In this document: one piece after another, positions 53,392-62,341 of the stretch | How the letters are laid out: every line of letters starts with the position of its first letter | Numbering within the stretch: position 1 is the stretch's first letter | Assembly: GCA_038062875.1 (NCBI GenBank) | Contig: JBBTWF010000001.1 | Span: 27,769-91,768 of the forward strand | DNA from: Patescibacteria group bacterium | GTDB taxonomy: Bacteria; Patescibacteriota; Minisyncoccia; UBA6257; UBA9933 | Length of the DNA: 64,000 bases | Reading direction: 5' to 3' | The notes under the pieces: generated by a model | What the model was told of the DNA's origin: nothing | The model's input: the letters and a program-made list of their open reading frames with translations, nothing else | The model's database searches: none | Program-made: the position numbers and the translations under genes

Positions 53392-54381
53392 ATGTTTCAA
53401 AAAAGAGTTTTACTCAGTAAATACAGTAATTTTAAAATCGGGGGACCGGCGAAATATTTTTTTGAAGCAAAAAATGTAGAAGAAATTATAAAAGCGGTTA
53501 AATTAGCGAAGCGTTTAAAAACGCCTTTTTTTATTTTAGGCGGCGGAACCAATATTTTATTTAGCGATAAAGGATTCAACGGGTTGGTTTTAAAACCTAA
53601 TATTAAATTTATTAAAAGAAATGGAAATTTTTTGCGAGTCGGCGTTGGAGTCCAAATATCTCAATTGCTTAATTATTCAATAAATAATAATTTAACTGGC
53701 TTAGAGTGGTCGGCCGGTATTCCCGGAACGATTGGTGGAGCGGTTAGGGGCAATGCCGGCGCGTTCGGCGGAGAAATGAAAGATATAATCACGGAGGTTT
53801 CGAGTTTGGATATTTCAGAAGCGCGTTTTAAAATTATAAAAAGAAAAAAATCAGATTGTTGTTTTGGTTATCGTTCGAGTATATTCTCCGCCGAAGGCGG
53901 ATCCGTCTCTGGCGGAAAAAATTCAAAAACGAAGGAGATTATTACGGAAGTTGTTTTGCGATTAAAAAAAGGCGAAAAGAGTAAAATAAAAGAAATTATA
54001 AATAGAAACATCAGTTACCGTCGGAAAAATCACCCTCTGGGATATCCCAGCGCCGGAAGTGTTTTTAAAAATGTGGATATCGTTGATTTTCACGAATATG
54101 AGCGCGAATATCGTAAATATTTAAATAAAAGATTCGTAAAAATTAGCGGAAAATTCGCACCGATTAACGATGGTAAGATTCCAGCCGCTTATTTAATTGC
54201 AGAAGCCGATTTAAAGGGAATTTCTCGCGGCGGAGCGATGATTTCGTCTAAACATCCGAATTTTATTGTTAATATTTCTAATGCTACGGCAAAAGATGTA
54301 AAAAATTTGATTAAATTAGCAAAGAAAGAAGTAAAAAATAAATTTAAAGTAGATTTAGAAGAGGAAATAGTTTTTGTTTGA
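53392..54381 (+). CDS. murB: UDP-N-acetylenolpyruvoylglucosamine reductase with an in-frame GC-palindrome insertion
   Basis: FAD-binding FKIGGPAKYFFE...GGGTNILF, catalytic Ser region; the insertion at 53886-53915 encodes SAEGGSVSGGKN. Confidence 0.8.
   Translation: MFQKRVLLSKYSNFKIGGPAKYFFEAKNVEEIIKAVKLAKRLKTPFFILGGGTNILFSDKGFNGLVLKPNIKFIKRNGNFLRVGVGVQISQLLNYSINNNLTGLEWSAGIPGTIGGAVRGNAGAFGGEMKDIITEVSSLDISEARFKIIKRKKSDCCFGYRSSIFSAEGGSVSGGKNSKTKEIITEVVLRLKKGEKSKIKEIINRNISYRRKNHPLGYPSAGSVFKNVDIVDFHEYEREYRKYLNKRFVKISGKFAPINDGKIPAAYLIAEADLKGISRGGAMISSKHPNFIVNISNATAKDVKNLIKLAKKEVKNKFKVDLEEEIVFV
53886..53915. repeat. GC-rich palindromic in-frame mini-insertion CTCCGCCGAAGGCGGATCCGTCTCTGGCGGA (family copy 4, slightly degenerate)
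   Basis: Compared directly with the copies at 5164, 6724 and 19459. Confidence 0.8.
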
Positions 54382-54645
54382 GGAAAATTTTTATTTTTAA
54401 TGAAATTAAAGTTATCCACAGTTTACATTTAATCTAATTGTTCTAAAATTAATATAAAGATTGAAAAATTATTTTTTAAATTATCAATCTTTTAGTAAAG
54501 TTATATAATCTAATACGGTTGAATGGTCGGCAATCGTGTTAAATTTAAAAATTCTTAATTAGTCGATATTGAGCTTAACGTGAAATATCGACAATACGCC
54601 ACAATGGCAAAGAAAAAAGCAGGAAAAAAAAAGAAGAAATAAATT

Positions 54646-54706
54646 CTTTCCCCCTCTTTCCCCACTTAATAAAAGCGACAAGAAAGAGGGGTTTTTATTT
54701 TTAATA
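54646..54706 (+). terminator. Hairpin CCCTCTTTC...GAAAGAGGG followed by a T-run, just after a 12-codon lysine-rich mini-ORF (MAKKKAGKKKKK, 54604-54642)
   Basis: Read directly; upstream of hpf. Confidence 0.45.
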
Positions 54707-54727
54707 AAATAAGTTATAATATATAAT

Positions 54728-55081
54728 ATGAAAATCAACATTAAAACAACCAACTTGGAAATCACCCCCGCTATTAACGATTATTTAGAATTAAAAATCG
54801 GCTCTCTTAAGCGTTTTCTTAATAAATTTGAAAAAGACGATGAGGTGATTATTTCCACGGAAATTGCCAAGACAACCAAGCATCACAAAAAGGGAGATGT
54901 GTTCTACGCTGAAGCCAATATTTGTTTACCGGGAAAAATTTTAAGAGCCGAACATTCCGATTGGGATATTAGGGTGGCGATTGATAATGTTAGGGACAAA
55001 CTTCAACAAGAAATAAAGAAATATAAAACAAAGAAAGAAATTTCTCGTAAAATTGGAGCTAAGTTGCGCGGGAAAAAATAA
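54728..55081 (+). CDS. hpf: Ribosome hibernation promoting factor / RaiA family
   Basis: MKINIKTTNLEITPAINDYLELKIGSLKRF, the YfiA/HPF fold signature. Confidence 0.8.
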   Translation: MKINIKTTNLEITPAINDYLELKIGSLKRFLNKFEKDDEVIISTEIAKTTKHHKKGDVFYAEANICLPGKILRAEHSDWDIRVAIDNVRDKLQQEIKKYKTKKEISRKIGAKLRGKK

Positions 55082-55096
55082 TTTGCGGATTATTAT

Positions 55097-57592
55097 ATGT
55101 TTAATTTTTTTAAAAATATTTCAAAAAAACAATCTTATGCGCCTCTAATCGAGGCGATTAATAATTTTGAGCCGGCTTTAGAAAAATTAACGGATGAAGA
55201 ATTAAAAAAGAGAAGCGAAGGAATTAAAAAATCTGTTGCTGAGGATACTAATTTTAATTTAGACGATTTATTACCTGAAGCGTTCGCTTTAACGCGGGAA
55301 GCCGCGAAACGAACACTTAATCAGCGTCACTTTGACGTTCAATTAATCGGTGGCATTGTTCTCCACCAAGGAAAAATCGCAGAGATGCTTACTGGAGAAG
55401 GAAAAACTTTGGCAGCCACGGCGCCAGCTTATTTAAACGCTTTAACCGGAAAAGGCGTTCATATTATTACTGTGAATGATTATTTGGCTCGGCGCGACGC
55501 AGTTTGGATGGGACAGATTTATTACGCGTTAGGAATGTCGGTGGGGTGTTTGACTCATGAATCCGCTTATTTATACGACCCGGGTTATGTCAATGAAAAA
55601 GATAAAGAACGCGATATTTTGGGCGGCTTTAAGGTGATTCAGGATTTTTTAAAACCAATTAGTCGTCGCGAAGCGTATCAAGTCGATATTCTTTACGGCA
55701 CCAATCATGAATTCGGCTTTGATTTTCTTCGGGATAATTTAGCTTATCGTTTGGAAGACCAGGCCCAAAGCAATAAATACAATTATGCGATTATTGACGA
55801 AGTTGACAGTATTTTAATTGACGAAGCTAGGACGCCATTGATTATCGCGGCGCCGGACGCCGAATCCAGCGATTATTATCGGATTTTTTCCAAAGTCGTC
55901 GAGCGGCTCCAGAAAGATGAGGACTACGCGGTTGATGAAAAAATGAAATCAGTTAATATTACTGACGTTGGAATCGATAAAGTTGAAAAAATTCTTAGCG
56001 TTGAAAATTTTTATGGTTCGGAAAATTTCCGTTTAGTCCATTATTTGGAAGAATCTTTACGCGCTAAAGCGCTGTTTCATTTAGATAAGAATTATGTTGT
56101 GAAGAATGGCGAAATTATTATTGTTGACGAGTTTACGGGTAGGATGATGCACGGCCGCCGATATTCCGGCGGACTTCATCAGGCGATTGAAGCCAAAGAA
56201 GGCGTAGCCATCAAGCAGGAGTCAAAGACATTCGCCCAGATTACAATTCAGAATTATTTCCGTTTATACAAAAAAATCGCCGGGATGACAGGAACGGCTC
56301 AAACATCAGCTGAAGAATTTCATAAAGTTTATAATTTAGAAGTAGTTAGTATCCCGTCTAATAAACCGACAATCAGGCAAGATTTATCAGACCTTATTTA
56401 TAAAAACCTTGAGGCAAAATATAGGGCTGTTATTGACGAAATTAAAAATCGGCATTCAATGGGCCAGCCGATTTTAATAGGCACCGCTTCAATTGAAAAA
56501 AATGAAATTTTGTCGGATTTACTGAAACAAGTCGGCATCCCTTACGAGGTCTTAAACGCTAAGAATCATGAGCGGGAAGGCGCGATTATCGCCCAAGCCG
56601 GAAAATTGGGAGCTGTTACAGTTGCCACTAATATGGCTGGCAGAGGAGTTGACATTGTTTTAGGCGGCAATCCGGCAGACCCATTGGAAGCTCAAAAAAT
56701 AAAAGAAATCGGCGGTCTTCATATTATCGGCACTGAACGGCACGAAGCTCGGCGAATTGATAATCAATTGAGGGGAAGAGGCGGTCGGCAAGGCGACCAG
56801 GGTTCTTCCCAATTCTTTTTGTCTTTAGAAGACGATTTGCTTCGGATTTTCAGCGGCGAAAAAATAAAGTCGTTTATGGAAAGATTTAATTTGCCGGAAG
56901 ACCAGCCGATTGAATCAAAATTGGTCTCAAAAGTCGTTAACGAGGCGCAAAAGAAAATTGAGGGATTAAATTTTGACGCCCGAAAACATCTTTTGGATTT
57001 TGACGATGTTTTAAACAAACAGAGAACGGCGGTTTATTCAAAGCGTCAGGCAATTTTGGGATCTCAAGCTATCGGCGAAGAGCTTAAAAAAATTATTTTT
57101 AGCGCTTTTGAACGGATTAAAAATCAAGTTGCGAACGAAGAAGAATTAAAAAAGATTTTAAATGAATCTGGTATTGAATTATCGGAAGGCGGACTTCTGA
57201 ATATTGACGTGGAAATAGAAAGCCTTCTTAAAGATTTTCAAGAACAAACCAAAATGAAAATTTTGGGAATTTTAGATATGCTTTGGATGAGTCATTTGGA
57301 AAATATGGAGGCATTGTCGGAATCGGTTCGGTTAAGGGCTTACGGTCAGCACGACCCATTAGTTGAATATCGGCATGAAGGCAGACGTTTGTTTAAGGAT
57401 TTATTCGTTAATTTTGAGGGATTGGTATTCGGCAATATTTTTAAAACACAAGCTGGCACCGGCAATCAATCTCAAGGAGTAAAAAAAGTTGTTTTGTCTA
57501 ATGAAATTAATAGCGGACAGAAAAAAATAGGACGAAATGATTTATGTTTTTGCGGTTCTAATAAAAAATATAAAAAATGCCACGGAGCTTAA
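55097..57592 (+). CDS. secA: Preprotein translocase ATPase SecA (with a C-terminal zinc-binding tail)
   Basis: DEAD-like motor motifs (MLTGEGKT, DEVDSILIDEARTPLII), preprotein-binding domain and wing domain; the tail reads CFCGSNKKYKKCHG. Confidence 0.95.
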   Translation: MFNFFKNISKKQSYAPLIEAINNFEPALEKLTDEELKKRSEGIKKSVAEDTNFNLDDLLPEAFALTREAAKRTLNQRHFDVQLIGGIVLHQGKIAEMLTGEGKTLAATAPAYLNALTGKGVHIITVNDYLARRDAVWMGQIYYALGMSVGCLTHESAYLYDPGYVNEKDKERDILGGFKVIQDFLKPISRREAYQVDILYGTNHEFGFDFLRDNLAYRLEDQAQSNKYNYAIIDEVDSILIDEARTPLIIAAPDAESSDYYRIFSKVVERLQKDEDYAVDEKMKSVNITDVGIDKVEKILSVENFYGSENFRLVHYLEESLRAKALFHLDKNYVVKNGEIIIVDEFTGRMMHGRRYSGGLHQAIEAKEGVAIKQESKTFAQITIQNYFRLYKKIAGMTGTAQTSAEEFHKVYNLEVVSIPSNKPTIRQDLSDLIYKNLEAKYRAVIDEIKNRHSMGQPILIGTASIEKNEILSDLLKQVGIPYEVLNAKNHEREGAIIAQAGKLGAVTVATNMAGRGVDIVLGGNPADPLEAQKIKEIGGLHIIGTERHEARRIDNQLRGRGGRQGDQGSSQFFLSLEDDLLRIFSGEKIKSFMERFNLPEDQPIESKLVSKVVNEAQKKIEGLNFDARKHLLDFDDVLNKQRTAVYSKRQAILGSQAIGEELKKIIFSAFERIKNQVANEEELKKILNESGIELSEGGLLNIDVEIESLLKDFQEQTKMKILGILDMLWMSHLENMEALSESVRLRAYGQHDPLVEYRHEGRRLFKDLFVNFEGLVFGNIFKTQAGTGNQSQGVKKVVLSNEINSGQKKIGRNDLCFCGSNKKYKKCHGA

Positions 57593-57599
57593 TTTTTTG

Positions 57600-59396
57600 A
57601 TGAATAATATAAGAAATTTCGTTATTATCGCGCATATTGACCACGGCAAGTCAACTTTAGCTGATAGATTTCTGGAGATTACCGGAACTGTTGAATCCCG
57701 CAAAATGAAAGAGCAGTACTTAGATCAATTGGATTTAGAAAGAGAACGTGGGATTACTATAAAAATGGCTCCTGTGCGGATGTCCTATATTCTTTCGCCT
57801 CAGGCGGAAAATTCTCAACCCTACATTCTTAATCTTATTGACACGCCAGGCCATCCGGATTTCTCTTACGAGGTCTCTCGGGCCTTAATAGCTGTTGAGG
57901 GAGCTATTTTATTGGTTGATGCCACTCAAGGTATTCAGGCGCAAACTTTAGCTAATTTTCATATTGCTAAACGAGCGGGTTTAAAAATAACAGGCGCAGT
58001 CAATAAAATAGATATGAATCCGCCGCAGTTGTTTCAAGTAATGAAAGAGTTAGCGGATTTGATAGGTTGTTCTATTGAAGAAATTTATAAGATTTCCGCA
58101 AAAACTGGAGAAGGAGTGGAGGAACTTTTAAAAGCGGTTATTAGAAATACGCCACCGCCGAAAAATTTAATGCCCGAATCCACTCGAGCTTTGGTGTTTG
58201 ATTCTTTTTACGATGACCATAAAGGAATTATCGCGTCAGTAAGAGTTTTTGATGGCGAAATAAAAGGCGACAATGATATGCGTTTAATCGCCACCGATAC
58301 TCCTTTTAAGATTAAAGAAATCGGTTATTTTTCTCCGCAATTGATGCCGGCAAAATCATTAAATACCGGAGAAATTGGTTATGTCGCTACTGGTATTAAA
58401 GATCCGGAGAATGTAAAAATCGGCGATACGATAACAATTGGCGAATCGCAAAGCGCAAATCGTAAAGCGTTGGCATTGGAAGGTTATCAGGAGCCAAAAC
58501 CGGTGGTTTTTGTGTCTTTTTATCCGGAAGAAAGTGATAATTACGATGATTTAAAAAGAGCGCTGCAGAAATTAAAATTAAACGATTCAGCGTTGAAATT
58601 TGAACCTGACTTTAATGATGTTTTGGGAAGGGGATTTAAGGGGGGATTTTTAGGCAAACTTCATTTTGAAATTACGGCAGAGCGTCTTGAGCGGGAATTC
58701 AATATGAAAACCATCAATAGTTTCCCGTCCGTAGCTTATAAGATAAAAAAGAAAAATGAATGGTTGGTTATTGAAAATCCCAAAGATCTTTCGGGCGATT
58801 TCGACGAAATCCAAGAGCCTATAGTTAATTTGGAAGTTATTACGCCAACGATTTATCTGGGCGGTATTTTTCAACTAAAAGAGATTTTCAGGATAAATGA
58901 TATTCATGCCCATAATCAAGGAGACAGAACGTTAATCACCGCGAAAATGCCTTTAGCTGAATTAATTTCCGATTTTGACGACAAACTTAAATCCGTTTCC
59001 AACGGTTTCGCTTCTTTCAGTTATGAATTAGTCGATTACAAGAAGTCAGATTTGCAAAAATTGGAAATTTTAGTCGCTGGCGATTTAGTCGCCGGTTTAA
59101 TAAGGGTCTTTCCCAGAAAATCCATTGAGCATGAAGCGAGAAAAATGGTTGAGAAACTTAAAAAAGTATTGCCTCGTCAGCAGTTTAGCCAGGCGATTCA
59201 GGCGGTTGTTGGGAGCAAGATTATTGCCCGCGAGACGGTCCCGGCTTTCAGGAAAGACGTTACGGGTTATCTTTACGGAGGCGATCGCACCCGTAAAATG
59301 AAGCTCTGGAAAAAACAGAAAAAAGGCAAGAAGCGGCTAGAGAAGATGGGAAGCGTAAAAATATCTACAGACGTATTCAAAAAAATGATACAATAA
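57600..59396 (+). CDS. lepA: Elongation factor 4 (LepA)
   Basis: NFVIIAHIDHGKSTL, DTPGH, NKID G-motifs plus a LepA-specific C-terminal domain; ATG at 57600. Confidence 0.95.
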   Translation: MNNIRNFVIIAHIDHGKSTLADRFLEITGTVESRKMKEQYLDQLDLERERGITIKMAPVRMSYILSPQAENSQPYILNLIDTPGHPDFSYEVSRALIAVEGAILLVDATQGIQAQTLANFHIAKRAGLKITGAVNKIDMNPPQLFQVMKELADLIGCSIEEIYKISAKTGEGVEELLKAVIRNTPPPKNLMPESTRALVFDSFYDDHKGIIASVRVFDGEIKGDNDMRLIATDTPFKIKEIGYFSPQLMPAKSLNTGEIGYVATGIKDPENVKIGDTITIGESQSANRKALALEGYQEPKPVVFVSFYPEESDNYDDLKRALQKLKLNDSALKFEPDFNDVLGRGFKGGFLGKLHFEITAERLEREFNMKTINSFPSVAYKIKKKNEWLVIENPKDLSGDFDEIQEPIVNLEVITPTIYLGGIFQLKEIFRINDIHAHNQGDRTLITAKMPLAELISDFDDKLKSVSNGFASFSYELVDYKKSDLQKLEILVAGDLVAGLIRVFPRKSIEHEARKMVEKLKKVLPRQQFSQAIQAVVGSKIIARETVPAFRKDVTGYLYGGDRTRKMKLWKKQKKGKKRLEKMGSVKISTDVFKKMIQ

Positions 59397-59403
59397 TAAC
59401 GGC

Positions 59404-59664
59404 ATGAAGATTATCATTGTTATCATTATCGTTATTGTTATTATTATGGTGTTGGCCTATGTTTATTTCAGTTTTCAGGAACAGCGACAGATGAAAGAAA
59501 ATCTTTCCAATTTAAACGCGCAAATTAAAACGCTTGTTGGAGAAAATGACGAGCTTAAATCGGAAATTGAATATTTCTCTCATCCGGAAAATCTAGAAAA
59601 GGAATTGAAAACGAAATTTAATTATCGGAAACCGGACGAAAAAATGATGATTATTGTACCGTGA
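59404..59664 (+). CDS. FtsB/DivIC-like septum formation initiator (TM plus coiled coil)
   Basis: Hydrophobic N-terminus, then a heptad coiled coil (NLNAQIKTLVGENDELKSEIEY) and KPDEK, resembling the FtsB PGE motif. Confidence 0.45.
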   Translation: MKIIIVIIIVIVIIMVLAYVYFSFQEQRQMKENLSNLNAQIKTLVGENDELKSEIEYFSHPENLEKELKTKFNYRKPDEKMMIIVP

Positions 59665-60248
59665 TTAAAATGAAATACAAAAAAATACTATTTTGGCTTA
59701 TCCCCCTTATTTTAATTGCCGGAGGACTATATTTTATATTATCCGATTCTTATCCTGTGGCTTTGGTTAATGAGCAGATAATTGAGGCGAGAGATTTTGA
59801 AAAGGACTATGCCAGCGCTCTGCGATATTATCAGAGTGTTTTTAAGGTTTACAAGGAAGATGCGGCAAAACTTGATTCCCAAGAATCTAAACAGGAAATC
59901 AGGCGGGCGACTTTGGATAAATTGATTGAAAATAAACTGATTCGCGAAAATTTGGAGAAATTGATTAAAAACGATGAATTAAAAAATATGGTTGCTCAAA
60001 AAATCAAAGAAGCCGTTAAAGAAAGCCCCGATATTCAAAAAGGCGTTCAGACGCTTTATGGGCTTTCATTAGATGATTTTAAGCAAAGAATTTTAGCGCC
60101 TCAAGCGGAAAGGGAAATTCTTGAAGGTCGGTTGTATCTTGACGGTAAAAAAATAGATGAATGGCTGAAACAAGAAAAATCCAAAGCCAAAGTAATAATT
60201 TTAATTTCCGGTTTTGGTTGGGACGGAGAAGGAGTTATAATTAAATAA
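59661..60248 (+). CDS. Hypothetical membrane-anchored SurA-N-terminal-like chaperone domain protein
   Basis: N-terminal TM plus a helical domain; weak. Confidence 0.35.
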   Translation: MIKMKYKKILFWLIPLILIAGGLYFILSDSYPVALVNEQIIEARDFEKDYASALRYYQSVFKVYKEDAAKLDSQESKQEIRRATLDKLIENKLIRENLEKLIKNDELKNMVAQKIKEAVKESPDIQKGVQTLYGLSLDDFKQRILAPQAEREILEGRLYLDGKKIDEWLKQEKSKAKVIILISGFGWDGEGVIIK

Positions 60249-60254
60249 CTAATT

Positions 60255-60325
60255 TGCGGGATTAGTATAGTGGTAATACGCAACCTTCCCAAGGTTGAGT
60301 CGCCGGTTCAATTCCGGTATCTCGC
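60255..60325 (+). tRNA. tRNA-Gly (anticodon CCC)
   Basis: Manual cloverleaf: acceptor GCGGGAU/AUCUCGC (one G-U pair), D-arm AGUAUAGUGGUAAUAC, anticodon stem CAACC/GGUUG with loop UUCCCAA, T-arm GCCGG-UUCAAUU-CCGGU. Confidence 0.85.
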
Positions 60326-60336
60326 TTTTTTAAAAA

Positions 60337-61506
60337 ATGAAATTTTTAAGCGATTTAAAACAGAAAAATTTACGAGATAAAACCTGTCTTTTACGGGTTG
60401 ATTTTAATATTCAAAATGTTGATTTACGTAGATATTCGCAAAAAGCTCCGTTTAGAATAGAAGCGGTTTTGCCGACGATTAAATTTTTAACCAGCAGGGG
60501 AGCGAAGGTGGTGATTTTGAGCCATCGCGGTCGCCCCAAAGGGGCAAACCTCGCCCAAAAGGCGGGAAGGCCAACTTCGTTATCTCTTAAGCCGTTCGTA
60601 AAAATTTTATCTTCTTTATTAAAAAATCCTGTTAATTTTATAACTCTAAGCGAGCTTGGTCTTATTAATAAGACCAAGCAAAAAATAAAAAATGCGAAAC
60701 CTGGGAGTGTTTTTTTGGTAGAGAACCTTCGTTTTTTCCCGGTCGAAGAAAAAAATGACAAAAAATTCGCAAAGCGGCTGTCTTTTTTGGGTGATATTTA
60801 TATAAATGACGCTTTTGCGGTGAGCCACCGAAAAAATGCTTCGGTTGTCGCCATTACGAAGTTTCTTCCAAGCTATGCCGGCTTGCTTTTGGAAAAAGAA
60901 ATAAAAAATTTAAATAAGGCGATGAAAAATCCTCAAAAACCTTTAGTCGTTATTTTGGGCGGCGCTAAAATTTCAGATAAAATCAGCGTGATTAAAAATT
61001 TTCTAAAAAATGCCGATTGTTTTTTGCTCGGCGGGGGAGTGGCAAATACTTTTTTTGCGGCTCAAGATTTGCCGGTCGGCGGTTCGCTTTATGACAAAAA
61101 CTCAATTCCTTTTATTGCTAATTTATTGAAGTTTAATTTTAACAAATTGATTTTGCCGATAGATTTAGTTGTTCATCAACGAGATATTTTAGATATCGGA
61201 TTGAGAACTATTGAAAAATATTCAAAAATCATTAAGGATGCCAAAACAATCATTTGGAACGGGCCAATGGGATATATTGAAGATCCTAAATTCGCAAATG
61301 GTTCAAAAGAAATAGCTAAGGTGATTATGGCTAACAAAAAAGCATTTGTAGTGGTTGGCGGCGGCGAAACAGTCGTTTCGTTAAAGTCCCCAAATTCTAA
61401 ATCCTATATTCTAAATTCTAATGTTTTCATTTCCACCGGCGGTGGAGCAATGTTGGAATATTTGGCGGGCAAAAAACTGTCGGGTATAACGGCTTTAAAT
61501 AAATAA
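60337..61506 (+). CDS. pgk: Phosphoglycerate kinase with in-frame repeat insertions
   Basis: N- and C-domain motifs (RVDFN, SHRGRPKG, GGGVANTF, GPMGY, GGGA). Insertions: the palindrome at 60657-60678 and (ctaaattct)-type repeats at 61389-61421. Confidence 0.9.
   Translation: MKFLSDLKQKNLRDKTCLLRVDFNIQNVDLRRYSQKAPFRIEAVLPTIKFLTSRGAKVVILSHRGRPKGANLAQKAGRPTSLSLKPFVKILSSLLKNPVNFITLSELGLINKTKQKIKNAKPGSVFLVENLRFFPVEEKNDKKFAKRLSFLGDIYINDAFAVSHRKNASVVAITKFLPSYAGLLLEKEIKNLNKAMKNPQKPLVVILGGAKISDKISVIKNFLKNADCFLLGGGVANTFFAAQDLPVGGSLYDKNSIPFIANLLKFNFNKLILPIDLVVHQRDILDIGLRTIEKYSKIIKDAKTIIWNGPMGYIEDPKFANGSKEIAKVIMANKKAFVVVGGGETVVSLKSPNSKSYILNSNVFISTGGGAMLEYLAGKKLSGITALNK
60657..60678. repeat. 22-bp perfect palindrome TTGGTCTTATTAATAAGACCAA in frame in pgk (ELGLINKTKQ)
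   Basis: Identical to the tpiA copy at 50217-50238. Confidence 0.9.
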
Positions 61507-61507
61507 T

Positions 61508-62341
61508 ATGAAAAATATTGTAATTTTATATCACGCCGATTGCCCAGATGGTTTTGGGGCGGCTTGGGCCGCCTGGAAAAAATTTGGCAAAAAAGCCGAA
61601 TATATAGCTGTTTTTCATCAGCAGCCGATACCTAAAGGATTAAAAAATAAAGAAATTTATTTAGTTGATTTTTGTTATCCAATTTCAGAAATGAAAACAC
61701 TTAAAAAAGAAGCGGCTTCGGTTACAGTGATTGACCATCATATTACGGCTAATTCGGCTATTAAAATCGCCGATAATTATCTCTATAAAAACAGTAATTC
61801 AGGTTCGGTCTTAAGCTGGAAGTATTTTCATCCAAAGAAATCAGTTCCTAAATTATTGCTTCACATTGAAGATATTGACCTTTGGCGATTTAAATTGCCG
61901 TTTACCCGCGAAATAATAGAGGCGTTAGAATCTTTTGATTTTGATTTCAGGATTTGGGATAAAATCGCCGCTGATATCAATAATTCCAAAAAATTCAAAA
62001 AATACGTTATGGACGGCAAGATTATTTTGAGATACCAAAAAGAAATTTTGAATTATCTTCTACGTCAGGCCGATAAAGTCAAGTTTAACGGTTACGAGGT
62101 TTTAGCGGTGAATTCGCCGGTTTTTAATTCTGAATTAGGGCATCTTTTATCAAAAAAGAAATCGTCATTTGGCGTAGTTTGGTATCGCAATAATCACAGT
62201 AATATTTTTTCTTTAAGATCTGATGGTAAAGTTGATGTTTCTAAAATTGCCAAAAAATACGGCGGCGGAGGACATAAATCAGCTGCTGGTTTTTCTTTGG
62301 ATATTAAGAAAGGATTGCCGTGGAAATATATCAAAAATTAA
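61508..62341 (+). CDS. DHH-superfamily phosphoesterase (NrnA-like)
   Basis: N-terminal ILYHADCPDGFGAA, a DHH-type metal-binding motif. Confidence 0.55.
   Translation: MKNIVILYHADCPDGFGAAWAAWKKFGKKAEYIAVFHQQPIPKGLKNKEIYLVDFCYPISEMKTLKKEAASVTVIDHHITANSAIKIADNYLYKNSNSGSVLSWKYFHPKKSVPKLLLHIEDIDLWRFKLPFTREIIEALESFDFDFRIWDKIAADINNSKKFKKYVMDGKIILRYQKEILNYLLRQADKVKFNGYEVLAVNSPVFNSELGHLLSKKKSSFGVVWYRNNHSNIFSLRSDGKVDVSKIAKKYGGGGHKSAAGFSLDIKKGLPWKYIKN

Noticed and set aside
53220-53420. Plus-strand 66-aa ORF upstream of murB
   Set aside because: It spans terminator-like hairpins, overlaps the murB start in another frame and has no recognisable protein features. It is treated as part of a putative structured leader or sRNA.
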